Assembly (NCBI GenBank): GCA_965220965.1
Contig: OZ244852.1
Coordinates: forward strand, 2,176,001 to 2,240,000
Reading direction: 5' to 3'
Length of the DNA: 64,000 nucleotides
Origin: Candidatus Marinacidobacterium sp.
GTDB lineage: Bacteria > Acidobacteriota > Vicinamibacteria > Marinacidobacterales > Marinacidobacteraceae
Positions within the stretch are counted from its first letter, which is position 1. The number at the start of each line of letters is the position of its first letter. Shown here in pieces: positions 1 through 8,875 of this stretch. The translations under genes and the position numbers were made by a program. The notes under the pieces are model-generated. The model was not told the origin of the DNA and ran no database searches. It saw only the letters and a list, made by a program, of their open reading frames with translations.

Positions 1-2
1 CC

Positions 3-1022
3 CGCCGGGGGGCCGAGGTCACGGTGTTCGAGCGGGAGGGGCCCGCCGCCGGCGCCACCGGCAACTCGTTCGCCTGGATCAACGCGAACTACTCGAAGCG
101 GCCCCACTCCTACTTCCAGCTCAACTGGCTCGGGCTCCAGGGCTGGCGGGGCCTCGAGGCGGAGGTGGGGCATGGCCTCCAGGTGACCTGGGGCGGAAGC
201 CTCGAGTATCGGGACGCGCCGGACCGGGCCGGAGCGCTGCGCGAACAGCTCGCCCGCCACCAGCGCTGGGGGTACCCGGTGCACGCGGTGGACGCGGAGG
301 AGTTCCGCCGGCTGGAGTCGGGCGTCACCCCGCAGCAGCCGATTCTGGGCGCCGCGTGGGCGAGCGCCGAAGGCAGCATCGAGCCGCGTTCCGCCACCCG
401 GGCGCTGCTCGCCGCGGCCGAGGCGGAGGGCGCCCGCTTCGTCCGGGCGGAGGTCACCCGCCTCGACCTGGGCTACGGGGCGCTCCGGGGCGTCGCGACG
501 AGCGAGGGCGAGTTCGAGCTGGACACGCTCGTGCTGGCCGCCGGCGTCCAGGCGCCGGGGCTCGCGCAGCAGGCGGGCGTGGACGTGCCGCTCGTGGAAT
601 CGCCCGGCATCCTCGCCCACTCGGCGCCCACCGGAGCGGCTCTTGGACGGATCCTCCTGGCGCCCGAGATCCACGCCAAACAGACCGCCGAGGGCAGGAT
701 CGTCGCGGGCGTCGGTTTCGCCGGCGCCGGCTCGACGGACGCCTCGATGGCGGTCGGCAAGGGGATCCTCGAGACGACCGCGAAGGTTCTCCCGGCCGCC
801 AGCGGACTCGATGTGGACGAAGTCACGCTCGGCTACCGGGTCCTTCCGAAGGACGGCCACCCGATCGTGGGCTTCGATCGCGGCGCGCCCGGGATCTACT
901 TCGCCTCCATGCACAGCGGGGTCACGATGGCCCCGACGATCAGCCAGTTCGCCGCGATGGAGATCCTCGACGACGTCGAGATCGCTCTCCTCGACGACTA
1001 CCGCCTGGCCCGTTTCCGGTAG
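3..1022 (+). CDS. FAD-dependent oxidoreductase, DAO/glycine oxidase family (5' truncated by window)
   Basis: Frame open from the window start (RRGAEVTVFERE..GATGNSFAWIN); C-terminal RVLPKDGHPIVG..HSGVTMAP motifs typical of the DAO family. Confidence 0.85.
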   Translation, partial: RRGAEVTVFEREGPAAGATGNSFAWINANYSKRPHSYFQLNWLGLQGWRGLEAEVGHGLQVTWGGSLEYRDAPDRAGALREQLARHQRWGYPVHAVDAEEFRRLESGVTPQQPILGAAWASAEGSIEPRSATRALLAAAEAEGARFVRAEVTRLDLGYGALRGVATSEGEFELDTLVLAAGVQAPGLAQQAGVDVPLVESPGILAHSAPTGAALGRILLAPEIHAKQTAEGRIVAGVGFAGAGSTDASMAVGKGILETTAKVLPAASGLDVDEVTLGYRVLPKDGHPIVGFDRGAPGIYFASMHSGVTMAPTISQFAAMEILDDVEIALLDDYRLARFR

Positions 1023-1047
1023 GCGCGGCGCGGCCCCACGATGGCCG

Positions 1048-1159
1048 CAAACAGAACCCTTCGGGCTGCCGCTGTGGGGGTGGGGTGGGTCTCGAGGCGA
1101 CAGCCCCCGGACAAGCCGGACGCCGAATGGGTAGGGGGTATAAACAATCCACCCGACGC
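1048..1159 (-). ncRNA. Candidate small RNA with two stem-loops carrying C-rich loops (6C-like architecture)
   Basis: Lies between convergent genes. Minus-strand 11-bp stem 1159-1149/1130-1120 and 10-bp stem 1106-1097/1072-1063 with G.U pairs; loops contain ACCCCC. Extended -10 sits 7 nt upstream; the 3' end is U-rich. Confidence 0.6.
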
Positions 1160-1166
1160 AGGAAGG

Positions 1167-1177
1167 AATGTACCACA
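1167..1177 (-). promoter_or_regulatory. Extended -10 promoter TGTGGTACATT for the candidate sRNA
   Basis: TG-n-TAnnnT consensus in an otherwise GC-rich region; the predicted start site coincides with the first stem base (1159). Confidence 0.55.
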
Positions 1178-1211
1178 TCCCGGCCGGCCCGGAACCGGCG
1201 GGATGGCGGGC

Positions 1212-2192
1212 TCAGGCGGCCGGAACCGAGGGCGCCGAGGGGCTGCGCCCCGCATGGCGATACGCCGCGAAGACGAGCTCGAGGTCGCGGCGGGCGCGGC
1301 CGAAATCCGAAATCGGTCGGTGGGCGGGGTCGCCCACGGCGCGCAGGAAGTCTCCGGTCATCGCCCGGAACCCCATCAGGTCCGCCAGCGGGCCCATTCG
1401 GGCGTGGACGAAGGGGCCCCGGGAGCGGGTGGCGAGCGCGGCGTAGAGGCCGTTGCTCTCGAAGACCACCCGCCCCCGCTCTCCCTCGATGCGGGAGTGC
1501 TGCAGGACGCCGCCGGGAAGCGAGCGGGCATCCCAGCCGTAGCGGATCTCGCCGACCGCGCCGGACGGGTAGCGCGCGGTGACTTCGGCGCGGCGTTCGG
1601 GGTCGGTCCCGGGGGAGAAGACAGCTTCCACGCTCTCGGGGACTTCATCCAGCAGCGCGCCCAGCAGCGCCACGAAGTGGATGCCGCCCTCGAGCAGGGC
1701 GCCGTGGCGACTGCGCCAGTCCGGAGTCTCCTGGCGCGTCAGCTTCGTCAGGCGGATCCTGCGGACCGGACCGATCTCCCGGGTCCACGCGCGGAGACGC
1801 CGGAGAAGGGGCTTGTAGAGGTAGTTCTCGGCGACCATCAGCGCGCCCGGGGGGCGGCCTTCGAGGGCGCGAGCAATCCGGTCGAGTTCCGGCGCCGCAG
1901 CGACCAGCGGTTTCTCCACGAGGACCGTCTTGCCGGCTTCGAGCGCCGCGACCGTCTGGTCGGCATGGGCGTCGAGGGGCGTCGCCAGGACGATGCCCGC
2001 AACATCCTCCCGGGCGAGAGTCGCCTCCAGGTCGGCGACCGTCTCGCCGCCGAAGCGCGCCGCGAATTCGCGGGCCGAACTCTCCCGGCGGCTCGCGAAG
2101 AGGAGTCGCGCCCGGCCCCGCAGATTCGCGGCGTGGACCCGGCCGATGCCGCCGCAACCCACGACCGCGATGGTTGGGAGCGAATCCGTCAC
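1212..2192 (-). CDS. Gfo/Idh/MocA family oxidoreductase
   Basis: N-terminal GCGGIG Rossmann motif, VLVEKP motif, GALLEGGIH. Confidence 0.9.
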   Translation of the reverse strand: MTDSLPTIAVVGCGGIGRVHAANLRGRARLLFASRRESSAREFAARFGGETVADLEATLAREDVAGIVLATPLDAHADQTVAALEAGKTVLVEKPLVAAAPELDRIARALEGRPPGALMVAENYLYKPLLRRLRAWTREIGPVRRIRLTKLTRQETPDWRSRHGALLEGGIHFVALLGALLDEVPESVEAVFSPGTDPERRAEVTARYPSGAVGEIRYGWDARSLPGGVLQHSRIEGERGRVVFESNGLYAALATRSRGPFVHARMGPLADLMGFRAMTGDFLRAVGDPAHRPISDFGRARRDLELVFAAYRHAGRSPSAPSVPAA

Positions 2193-3709
2193 CGGGCCGC
2201 TCCCCGCGCGATCCCCTCGGCCACCCGCAGGGCGTTCGCCGCGATCGTGAGGCTGGGGTTCACGCCTCCCGACGCCGGAAAGGCGCTGCCGTCGGTGACC
2301 CAGAGATTGTGGACGCCGCGGACGCGCCCGTCTACGTGGAGGACCGAATCCTCCGCACCATCTCCCATCCGCAGCGTGCCGACGGCGTGGGAGAACGAGG
2401 AGATGGGCCAGATTCCGGTGGCGAGAGCGCCGGCCTCGCGCAGGATGCCCACCGCCGCCCGCGTCAGCCGCCGCAGGCGTCGTTCATCCGACGATCGGTA
2501 GCGGTGTTCGACCCGGACCCGGGGCTGGCCGAGTTCGTCCTGCTCCGCGGCCAGCGTCACGCGGTTGTCGGGATCGGCTTCATCCTCGGCGACGCACAGC
2601 AGGTTCTGAAGGCGGCGGATGACCGGCCCCCCGAGGAAGAGCCGTCGGAAGCGGCCGGCGGCCTCACGAACGACTTCGGGGGCGGGGGTGTAGATGTCCT
2701 GGATGACGCCGGTGGCGAGGCCCCCGGCATCGCGCTCCGCCTCGTAGAAGTCCGTGAAGGCGACCTGCTTGTGGAACACCTGCTCCGGATTCGTCGGGAA
2801 CCGGAAGAGACCGGCGACCACGGCGTTGCAGTGGCGCATGAGAAACCGCCCGATCGGAAGACCCGGCGCCTCCGGGGCGTTCGACCGGAGAAGCAGGGCC
2901 GGGCTCCCGATGGCGCCGGCGGCCAGGACGAAGACTCCCGCTTCGATCCGGTCCATGTTCCCCGTGCGCGCGTCCTGGCACTCCACGGCCGCGACGCGGG
3001 GGCCGTCGAACGCGAGGCGGCGCACGACCGTCTCCGCCCGGACTTCGACCTGGGGCGCCGCCCGCTCGAGAATCCCGGCGGCGTCGTTCTTGGCGTTCAT
3101 GGCGCAGGGGAACCCGTCGCAGGTGTTGCACCGGACGCAGGCCGGACCGTTCTCCCCGCTGAAGTCCAGCGCGAGCGGGATGGGGAACGGCCGGTAGCCG
3201 AGCCGCCGGCCGGCTTCGAGGATTCGCCGGGCGGGCGCCGAGGGAGGAATCGACTGGAACGGATACGCCCCTGACCGGGTCGGCTCGACGGGGTCCTCCC
3301 CGGCGACGCCGTGGACCCCGAGAAGCCGCTCGGCCTCGGCGTAGAAGGGCTCGAGGTCGCCGTAGCTGATCGGCCAGCGGTCGAAGTCCCGCGCCCGCAG
3401 CCGGAAGGCGGCCCCCCCGTAGAAGACCGACATCCCGCCCACCGTCTCGTTCTGGCGGACCGGGCGGAAATCCCGTTCCTCGCGCTGCCGCACTTCGATG
3501 GGAGCCGGCCCGGCGTATCGCAACCGGCTCAGGATCCCCACCGGGTCCCAGTCCGCCCGGTCGCGGCGGGGCCAGCGTCCGCGCTCGAGCACGAGGACCC
3601 GGGCCCCCTCCTCCCGCATCCGGTGCGCGGCGAGCGCCCCTCCGATGCCGGACCCGATGACGACGGCGTCGTAACGCCGCGTCCCGCCGCTCTGTCGGAT
3701 CGCGGTTAT
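2189..3709 (-). CDS. GMC family oxidoreductase (start uncertain)
   Basis: YDAVVIGSGIGG FAD motif, VGGMSVFYGG, CVRCNTCDGFPC, HAVGTLRMG, NPSLTIAANALR. The ORF-track N-terminal extension is a shadow of the upstream gene. Confidence 0.88.
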   Translation of the reverse strand: MTAIRQSGGTRRYDAVVIGSGIGGALAAHRMREEGARVLVLERGRWPRRDRADWDPVGILSRLRYAGPAPIEVRQREERDFRPVRQNETVGGMSVFYGGAAFRLRARDFDRWPISYGDLEPFYAEAERLLGVHGVAGEDPVEPTRSGAYPFQSIPPSAPARRILEAGRRLGYRPFPIPLALDFSGENGPACVRCNTCDGFPCAMNAKNDAAGILERAAPQVEVRAETVVRRLAFDGPRVAAVECQDARTGNMDRIEAGVFVLAAGAIGSPALLLRSNAPEAPGLPIGRFLMRHCNAVVAGLFRFPTNPEQVFHKQVAFTDFYEAERDAGGLATGVIQDIYTPAPEVVREAAGRFRRLFLGGPVIRRLQNLLCVAEDEADPDNRVTLAAEQDELGQPRVRVEHRYRSSDERRLRRLTRAAVGILREAGALATGIWPISSFSHAVGTLRMGDGAEDSVLHVDGRVRGVHNLWVTDGSAFPASGGVNPSLTIAANALRVAEGIARGAAR

Positions 3710-4506
3710 CCCAGCGCGCCGGTCTCGACGATCGCCACCGCGGCCACGGCCAGGATGAGGATCCACGCGAGGTAGTGCAGTTCCTCGCGTCGCCGGGTCT
3801 CGACGCGGGGCAGGTCCGGTCGGAATTTCCCGGACATGTTCCGCTGGATGTAGGTCTTGTAGTACTCGACGAGAAAGCGCTCGAGGCCGCCGTTCATGTA
3901 GATGAGGATCCCCAGGGCGACCGGGTCGCCCGGGTCCCGCAGCCAGTAGAAGAGCGGCGAGGCGACGGCGAGCGTCAACCCGGAACGGAGGAACTTGAAG
4001 AACTGAAACCCCTCGAAGGGAGCGTCCTTCCACGCGCCGCCTCCCGACACCAGCAGCCCGGTGGCGTAGGCGACGAGCAGGTACGACCAGAAACCCTCCA
4101 CCGGCGCCCCGATCATGAGCACGCCGAAGACGGCCGACACCAGCACGACGCCGGCGGCGGCGCGCAGCCCCCGGCTGTGGACCGGCCGCCCCAGAATCGC
4201 CAGTTGCGACGGTACGAAGTACTTGTCCTGCGGCTCGCTGCGGAAGCACCCCTTGTAGAGCTCGGTGAGGAAACGCTCCAGCCCCATCACCAGGAAGAAG
4301 AGCTGGACGAGCCCGAGCCCGGCCACCCGCCCGGCGAGCGTCGGAATCGCCGCCAGACCCGCGAAGAGGACCAGGGAGAGGAGGATGCTCCTCGGGAAGG
4401 TGCGCGGCTTGAAGCCCTCCCAGGGAGCGTCCTTGAACGCCCCCCAGAGGGAGGTGTAGAGACCGGAGAGGGCGGCGACGAGAAGACCGGTCACGGCGGA
4501 GAGCAA
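3706..4506 (-). CDS. Uncharacterised multi-pass membrane protein with an internal two-fold repeat
   Basis: Hydrophobic helices; repeated KDAPWEGF..FPRS / KDAPFEGF..FLRS and GLERFLTELYK / GLERFLVEYYK; TAGAGT -10 lies 6 nt before the TTG start. Confidence 0.75.
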   Translation of the reverse strand: MLSAVTGLLVAALSGLYTSLWGAFKDAPWEGFKPRTFPRSILLSLVLFAGLAAIPTLAGRVAGLGLVQLFFLVMGLERFLTELYKGCFRSEPQDKYFVPSQLAILGRPVHSRGLRAAAGVVLVSAVFGVLMIGAPVEGFWSYLLVAYATGLLVSGGGAWKDAPFEGFQFFKFLRSGLTLAVASPLFYWLRDPGDPVALGILIYMNGGLERFLVEYYKTYIQRNMSGKFRPDLPRVETRRREELHYLAWILILAVAAVAIVETGALG

Positions 4507-4591
4507 GCCCGGACTCTACCGGGAAAGAGATCCCCGCCCGCCCCGGGAGAGTGACGCGCGACGGCGGAACCGGGCGCCCGGCCCGCCGCTC

Positions 4592-6817
4592 CTAGTTGAC
4601 GTCGAACTGGCGGGTGTACTTGATCGTCAGGCTCCGGTTCTGCGGGCCGATGAGAACGTTCCCGAGGCCCTCGGTGTCGTTGTAGACGATGAACAGCCCC
4701 GTCCCGGCGGTGTTCAGCCAGTTGAAGCGGACGTTCGAAGACCAGACATCGGCGTCGTCGTTGTACTGGAGGAGCGCCTGCAGGTAGATCAGCGGGGTGA
4801 AGTTCACCGCGACCCGGAACTGGCCCAGGTTCGCCACGAAGTTCCCTTCAGCGAGCTCGATGTCGTTGTAGAGCCACGACGCCGAGGTGATGAGCCGCGT
4901 TCCCCAGCGGAAGTTGAGCGTCGTGTCGACGGTGCGCTGTTCGCCGGAGAGGAACCCGCCGTAGTCGAGCCCTCCGCTGTAGGACAGCCGATCCGCCGAG
5001 TTCGTGTTCCAGCGCCAGCCCAACTGCCAGTGTTCGTAGGTTCCGGCGGGGACGACGATCCCCTCGCGGATCTCGAAGGGCTCTTCGAGCCCCTCCACGA
5101 TGCGGTTCATCGCAGGGCTGAGGTACCACCCGTTCTCGAAGTCGAGGTGGCTGTCGACGTGAAGGCGGGAGGTCTCGAGGAAGCCGCCGAGCGTCCGGAA
5201 GCCGTTGTAGGTGATGTGGGGCCGCAGCTCGCGGAAGATCGGCGCCCAGCTTGGCCGGTGGTAGCTGAAGTAGCCCCAGTCGAAACTCCGGTAGGCGGAA
5301 CGACGAAGGAAGCCGGCTTCCGGGTTGAAGTTCTGCTGGACCTCGGTCATGCCCAGCCAGAGGCGGAGGGTGTTCGTGAAGTACTCGCCCCGGGCCCGAT
5401 AGGCGTACTCGCCGCCCTCGAGATCCTCGTAGCCGGGAGTCTGGGTCCGCGCGGCGAAACCGCTGAAGGTCACGGACTCCCCGATGCCGAGCTGGCCGTC
5501 CACGCCCCAGGTCCGGTTCCAGTCATCCTCGAGGGCCGCCGCGCCGGTCCCCATCCGGTTCACGAACATCGCGCCGAGCGAGGACCGCTGCCCGAACTCC
5601 CGGCTGACGCTGGCCACCGTGAAGTTGTTCGCGGCCACGACGCCGGAAACTTCCTGCGTCTGCATGTTGAGGAAGCCGAGGTTGTAGTCGCCGGCCTTGC
5701 CCGAGAGCCGGGCGCCTCCGAGGATCGGCACCCGGGCGCCGTTCGGGCCGATCCCGATCCGGCGGCTGAAGAAGAGATCGACCGAACCCGGGGCCCCCAT
5801 CGAGAAGTTGCCGGCGTTCTCCAGGAAGAACCCGCGCTTCTCGGGGAAGAAGAGATTGAACCGCGTCAGGTTGATCTGCTGATCGTCCACCTCGACCTGG
5901 GCGAAATCAGTGTTGTAAGTCAGGTCGAGGTTCAGGCTGGGGGTGATGCCGATCTTCGCGTCGGCGCCGAAGTCGAACTGGGTCTGCGCCTCGGTCTCGG
6001 CCGCGTAGTCGCGTCCGGCCGCGCCGAGGGCGTAGGGCGTGACCTGGATGTTGCGGGGCGTGCGCAGGTTCAACCCCTGCAGCTCGCCGGCGGAGGAGAG
6101 CCGGTAGAGGTTGTAGTTCCTCGCCACCGGGGACCAGAAGGCCTCCTCCCGCTTGCGGCGGATGTTCCGCTGGAAGTTGAGACCCCAGGTCTGGGGGCTC
6201 GTCCCGTAACGCAGCGTCCGCAGCGGAATGGCGAACTCGGCGGACCAGCCGTCGTCTCCGACGTGCGTGGCGACGCTCCAGGCGGCGTCCCAGTTCAGGT
6301 TGAAGCCGCCGCCGGAGCCGGTCCGGGCGCGCATCTGCGGTCCGCCTCCCATGCCGCCGCCGCCCCCGGCGTTGCTGACCTGCCCGTCGTACTCGAGCCC
6401 CGACGGGGTCGTGCCGAATACGAAGCCGTTCTGGAGGTCGTGGTAGGTGTCGAAGATGACCTGGAAAGAGTCGGTGTCGTCGAGGCCCGAGTCGCGGCGG
6501 GCGTCGGTGGCGATGATGCCGGAGGGGTCCGAGTCGTAGAGCATCGCGCCGATGTAAATGGCATCCTCGTCAAAGAGGATGCGGACCTCGGTGCGCTCGG
6601 TGGAGGGCTCCCCCTCGAAGGGGTTCGCCTGCACGAAGTCGGTCAGCGGCTCGGCCGCGGCCCAGACATCCTCATCGAGCCGGCCGTCGATGGCGGGGGC
6701 CTCGATGGCCGCCGTGGCGCGTCCGATCCGCGCGCCCGAGACGGTTTCTTCCTCCACCCCATAGGCGGAGCCTGACACAAGACCTGCAGACAGCAGGAGG
6801 AGAGCAACGCGCGGCAT
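4592..6817 (-). CDS. DUF5916/CBM9-like domain outer-membrane protein (paralog 1)
   Basis: Signal peptide, PAIDGRLDE..W, GWSAEFAIPLRTLRY, NTDFAQVEVDDQQINLTRFNLFFPEKRGFFLE, beta-strand-rich C-terminus. Confidence 0.85.
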   Translation of the reverse strand: MPRVALLLLSAGLVSGSAYGVEEETVSGARIGRATAAIEAPAIDGRLDEDVWAAAEPLTDFVQANPFEGEPSTERTEVRILFDEDAIYIGAMLYDSDPSGIIATDARRDSGLDDTDSFQVIFDTYHDLQNGFVFGTTPSGLEYDGQVSNAGGGGGMGGGPQMRARTGSGGGFNLNWDAAWSVATHVGDDGWSAEFAIPLRTLRYGTSPQTWGLNFQRNIRRKREEAFWSPVARNYNLYRLSSAGELQGLNLRTPRNIQVTPYALGAAGRDYAAETEAQTQFDFGADAKIGITPSLNLDLTYNTDFAQVEVDDQQINLTRFNLFFPEKRGFFLENAGNFSMGAPGSVDLFFSRRIGIGPNGARVPILGGARLSGKAGDYNLGFLNMQTQEVSGVVAANNFTVASVSREFGQRSSLGAMFVNRMGTGAAALEDDWNRTWGVDGQLGIGESVTFSGFAARTQTPGYEDLEGGEYAYRARGEYFTNTLRLWLGMTEVQQNFNPEAGFLRRSAYRSFDWGYFSYHRPSWAPIFRELRPHITYNGFRTLGGFLETSRLHVDSHLDFENGWYLSPAMNRIVEGLEEPFEIREGIVVPAGTYEHWQLGWRWNTNSADRLSYSGGLDYGGFLSGEQRTVDTTLNFRWGTRLITSASWLYNDIELAEGNFVANLGQFRVAVNFTPLIYLQALLQYNDDADVWSSNVRFNWLNTAGTGLFIVYNDTEGLGNVLIGPQNRSLTIKYTRQFDVN

Positions 6818-6898
6818 AACCCCGCAAATTTACCGCGCCGCGGCGGGCGCCGCCTGCCCCGGGACGGAGTCCGTTCCGACGGCGCGCGAAGAGCTCCT

Positions 6899-6918
6899 TG
6901 AACAGTCCGTGAACAGTC
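6899..6918. promoter_or_regulatory. 11-bp-period direct repeat TGAACAGTC-cg-TGAACAGTC, possible OmpR/PhoB-family box
   Basis: Exact 9-mer repeated at one-helical-turn spacing in a divergent intergenic region. Confidence 0.4.
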
Positions 6919-7012
6919 GCCGCCGCTCACGATCCGGAGAAAGTCTGGTGGCATAGTTCGCGCCACCGCGCCGAACGCGGCGCCAACCCCCGCCCTGAGA
7001 GGAGCCAACCCC

Positions 7013-7792
7013 TTGAGTGATCGCAACCCGGCAAGCGCCCGGGAACTTCTCGACTTCGCAACCGAAATCGCCTGGGAGGCCGGACGCCTCATCATGCGCC
7101 ACTTCCAGGTGGGCGTCGGCGTCCAGCAGAAGCCGGACCGCACCCCGGTGACCGAGGCCGATGTCGCCGGAGAACGGCTGCTCCGCAAGCGGATCCAGGC
7201 GAAGTTTCCGGGCCACCGGATCCTCGGCGAGGAGGACGGCGAGTCGGGGTCCGATCCGACGCACCGGTGGATCCTCGATCCGATCGACGGCACGACCTCG
7301 TTCATCCACGGGGTGCCGCTCTTCGGGATGCTCATCGGGCTCGAGGTCTCCGGCGAGGCGGTCGTCGGCGTCTCGAACATCGCCGGGCTCGGCGAGATGG
7401 TCACCGGCGCGCGCGGGGTCGGCGCGTTCTGGAACGGTCGGCCGGCGCGGGTGTCGCAGGTGACGGACATCGAAAACGCCCTCGCCACGACGACGGACCC
7501 GGCGACGATCGGGCCGATCTGGGACGCGGTCGGCGCCCGGGGCGCGGTGCGTCGCACCTGGGGCGACGCCTTCGGCCACTCGCTGGTGTGCACCGGCCGC
7601 TCGGAGATCGGGCTGGACCCGGAGATGAAGGCGTGGGACTCGAGCCCCTTCCTGCCGATCCTCGAGGAAGCGGGAGGCCGGTTCACCGACTGGGACGGGA
7701 ACCGGACGATCCACGGGCCGAACGCCCTGAGCACGAACGGGGCGCTGCACGACGAGGTGCTCGCCCTCCTCGCGGAAGTGCGGGGAGGCTGA
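7013..7792 (+). CDS. hisN: Inositol monophosphatase family, probable histidinol-phosphatase
   Basis: KPDRTPVTEAD, GEE, WILDPIDGT, RTWGDAFGH and WD motifs; SD-like AGGAG upstream. The hisN assignment is tentative. Confidence 0.75.
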   Translation: MSDRNPASARELLDFATEIAWEAGRLIMRHFQVGVGVQQKPDRTPVTEADVAGERLLRKRIQAKFPGHRILGEEDGESGSDPTHRWILDPIDGTTSFIHGVPLFGMLIGLEVSGEAVVGVSNIAGLGEMVTGARGVGAFWNGRPARVSQVTDIENALATTTDPATIGPIWDAVGARGAVRRTWGDAFGHSLVCTGRSEIGLDPEMKAWDSSPFLPILEEAGGRFTDWDGNRTIHGPNALSTNGALHDEVLALLAEVRGG

Positions 7793-7822
7793 TCCGCCGC
7801 CGGCCGTCAGAAGCGCCGCGGC

Positions 7823-8806
7823 TCAGCGCGCGGTCGGCGCTTCGGGTCGGGACAGATCGGGGCGACCCGGTTCGTCGTAGCGATCCACGTACTCGCGGAC
7901 CAGGTCGCACTTCCGGAAGCCGGGAACGGCGGTCGCCGTCCGGCGGGCGAGATCGCCGAAGTCGAGCGACCGGAGTTGCTCGAGCGCCAGCGGGGTGCGC
8001 GCCTTGAAGAGCATCCACTGCTTGTGCTTCTCGCAGCGGTCCGCGTCGGTCTCGCGCCGCGAATAGTCCTGCCAGCCCTGGCACGGAACGCCGAAATCGA
8101 AGTCGTTCTCGAACACCTTGAGCGCGTCGCGGGTGTTGTTGTACTGCCAGAGAAGGAAGTCGGGGTGGCGGATGGGGGGAGGCCGCAAGAGGCGCCGGTC
8201 CCGGTGCGGGCTCCGCGCCCGGGTCCAGATCTGGAACTCGGTGTTCACCCGGTAGGGACGTCCGTCGCCCAGGACGAAGGAATCGGGGGCCAGCGTCCGG
8301 GCGAAGATCCAGCGGAAGCCCGGCGGAAGGTGTCGGTGCGCGCCGTACTTGCGAAAGTTCAGCGGCAGGATGAATCCGATCGTGTCAGCGAATTCCGCCG
8401 CCCTCTGGAAGAACCGCAGCGCCAGGCGCCCGCGCTTGCCGAAGGGCGGATTGCCGACCACGACGACCGCTTCCCGGCCGAGCGGAAGGTCCGGAGTCCA
8501 GTCCAGAAAGTCCCGACGCGCGATGCCGTCGCAGGCGGGTTCGAGGTCCATGCCGATGCGCCGGCCGGGCGGAAGATGGCGGTGGAAGGCGCCGGCGCCC
8601 GCCGAAGGCTCGACGAAGAGCGGCTCGTCCGGAATGGCGATCCCGGGGAGGACGCGGAAGAGGTCCTCAAGGCACGCCTCGGCCACGGCCGGCCGGGTGT
8701 AGAAGGCGTCCAGCCGGGAGGCGTCGGCGCCCCGATCCGCTAACGTGGCGCCGCCATGACCGCTGAGCGGCGAACCCGCCACGATCCGCCCACTCACGCC
8801 CGACAT
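7823..8806 (-). CDS. Solitary SAM-dependent (N6-adenine DNA-type) methyltransferase
   Basis: DAFYT, FVEPSAGAGAF (motif I) and VVGNPPFG (motif IV); start uncertain. Confidence 0.75.
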   Translation of the reverse strand: MSGVSGRIVAGSPLSGHGGATLADRGADASRLDAFYTRPAVAEACLEDLFRVLPGIAIPDEPLFVEPSAGAGAFHRHLPPGRRIGMDLEPACDGIARRDFLDWTPDLPLGREAVVVVGNPPFGKRGRLALRFFQRAAEFADTIGFILPLNFRKYGAHRHLPPGFRWIFARTLAPDSFVLGDGRPYRVNTEFQIWTRARSPHRDRRLLRPPPIRHPDFLLWQYNNTRDALKVFENDFDFGVPCQGWQDYSRRETDADRCEKHKQWMLFKARTPLALEQLRSLDFGDLARRTATAVPGFRKCDLVREYVDRYDEPGRPDLSRPEAPTAR

Positions 8807-8875
8807 CCCGCGAGGTCTGTCGAACCCGGGTTCCCGTCCGGAGACTCAGCCTCGGATCCACCGGCTCCCAGCGCC

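Noticed and set aside
1076-1089. Plus-strand G-runs as a G-quadruplex
   Set aside because: Only three closely spaced G-runs; better explained as the complement of the C-rich sRNA loop.
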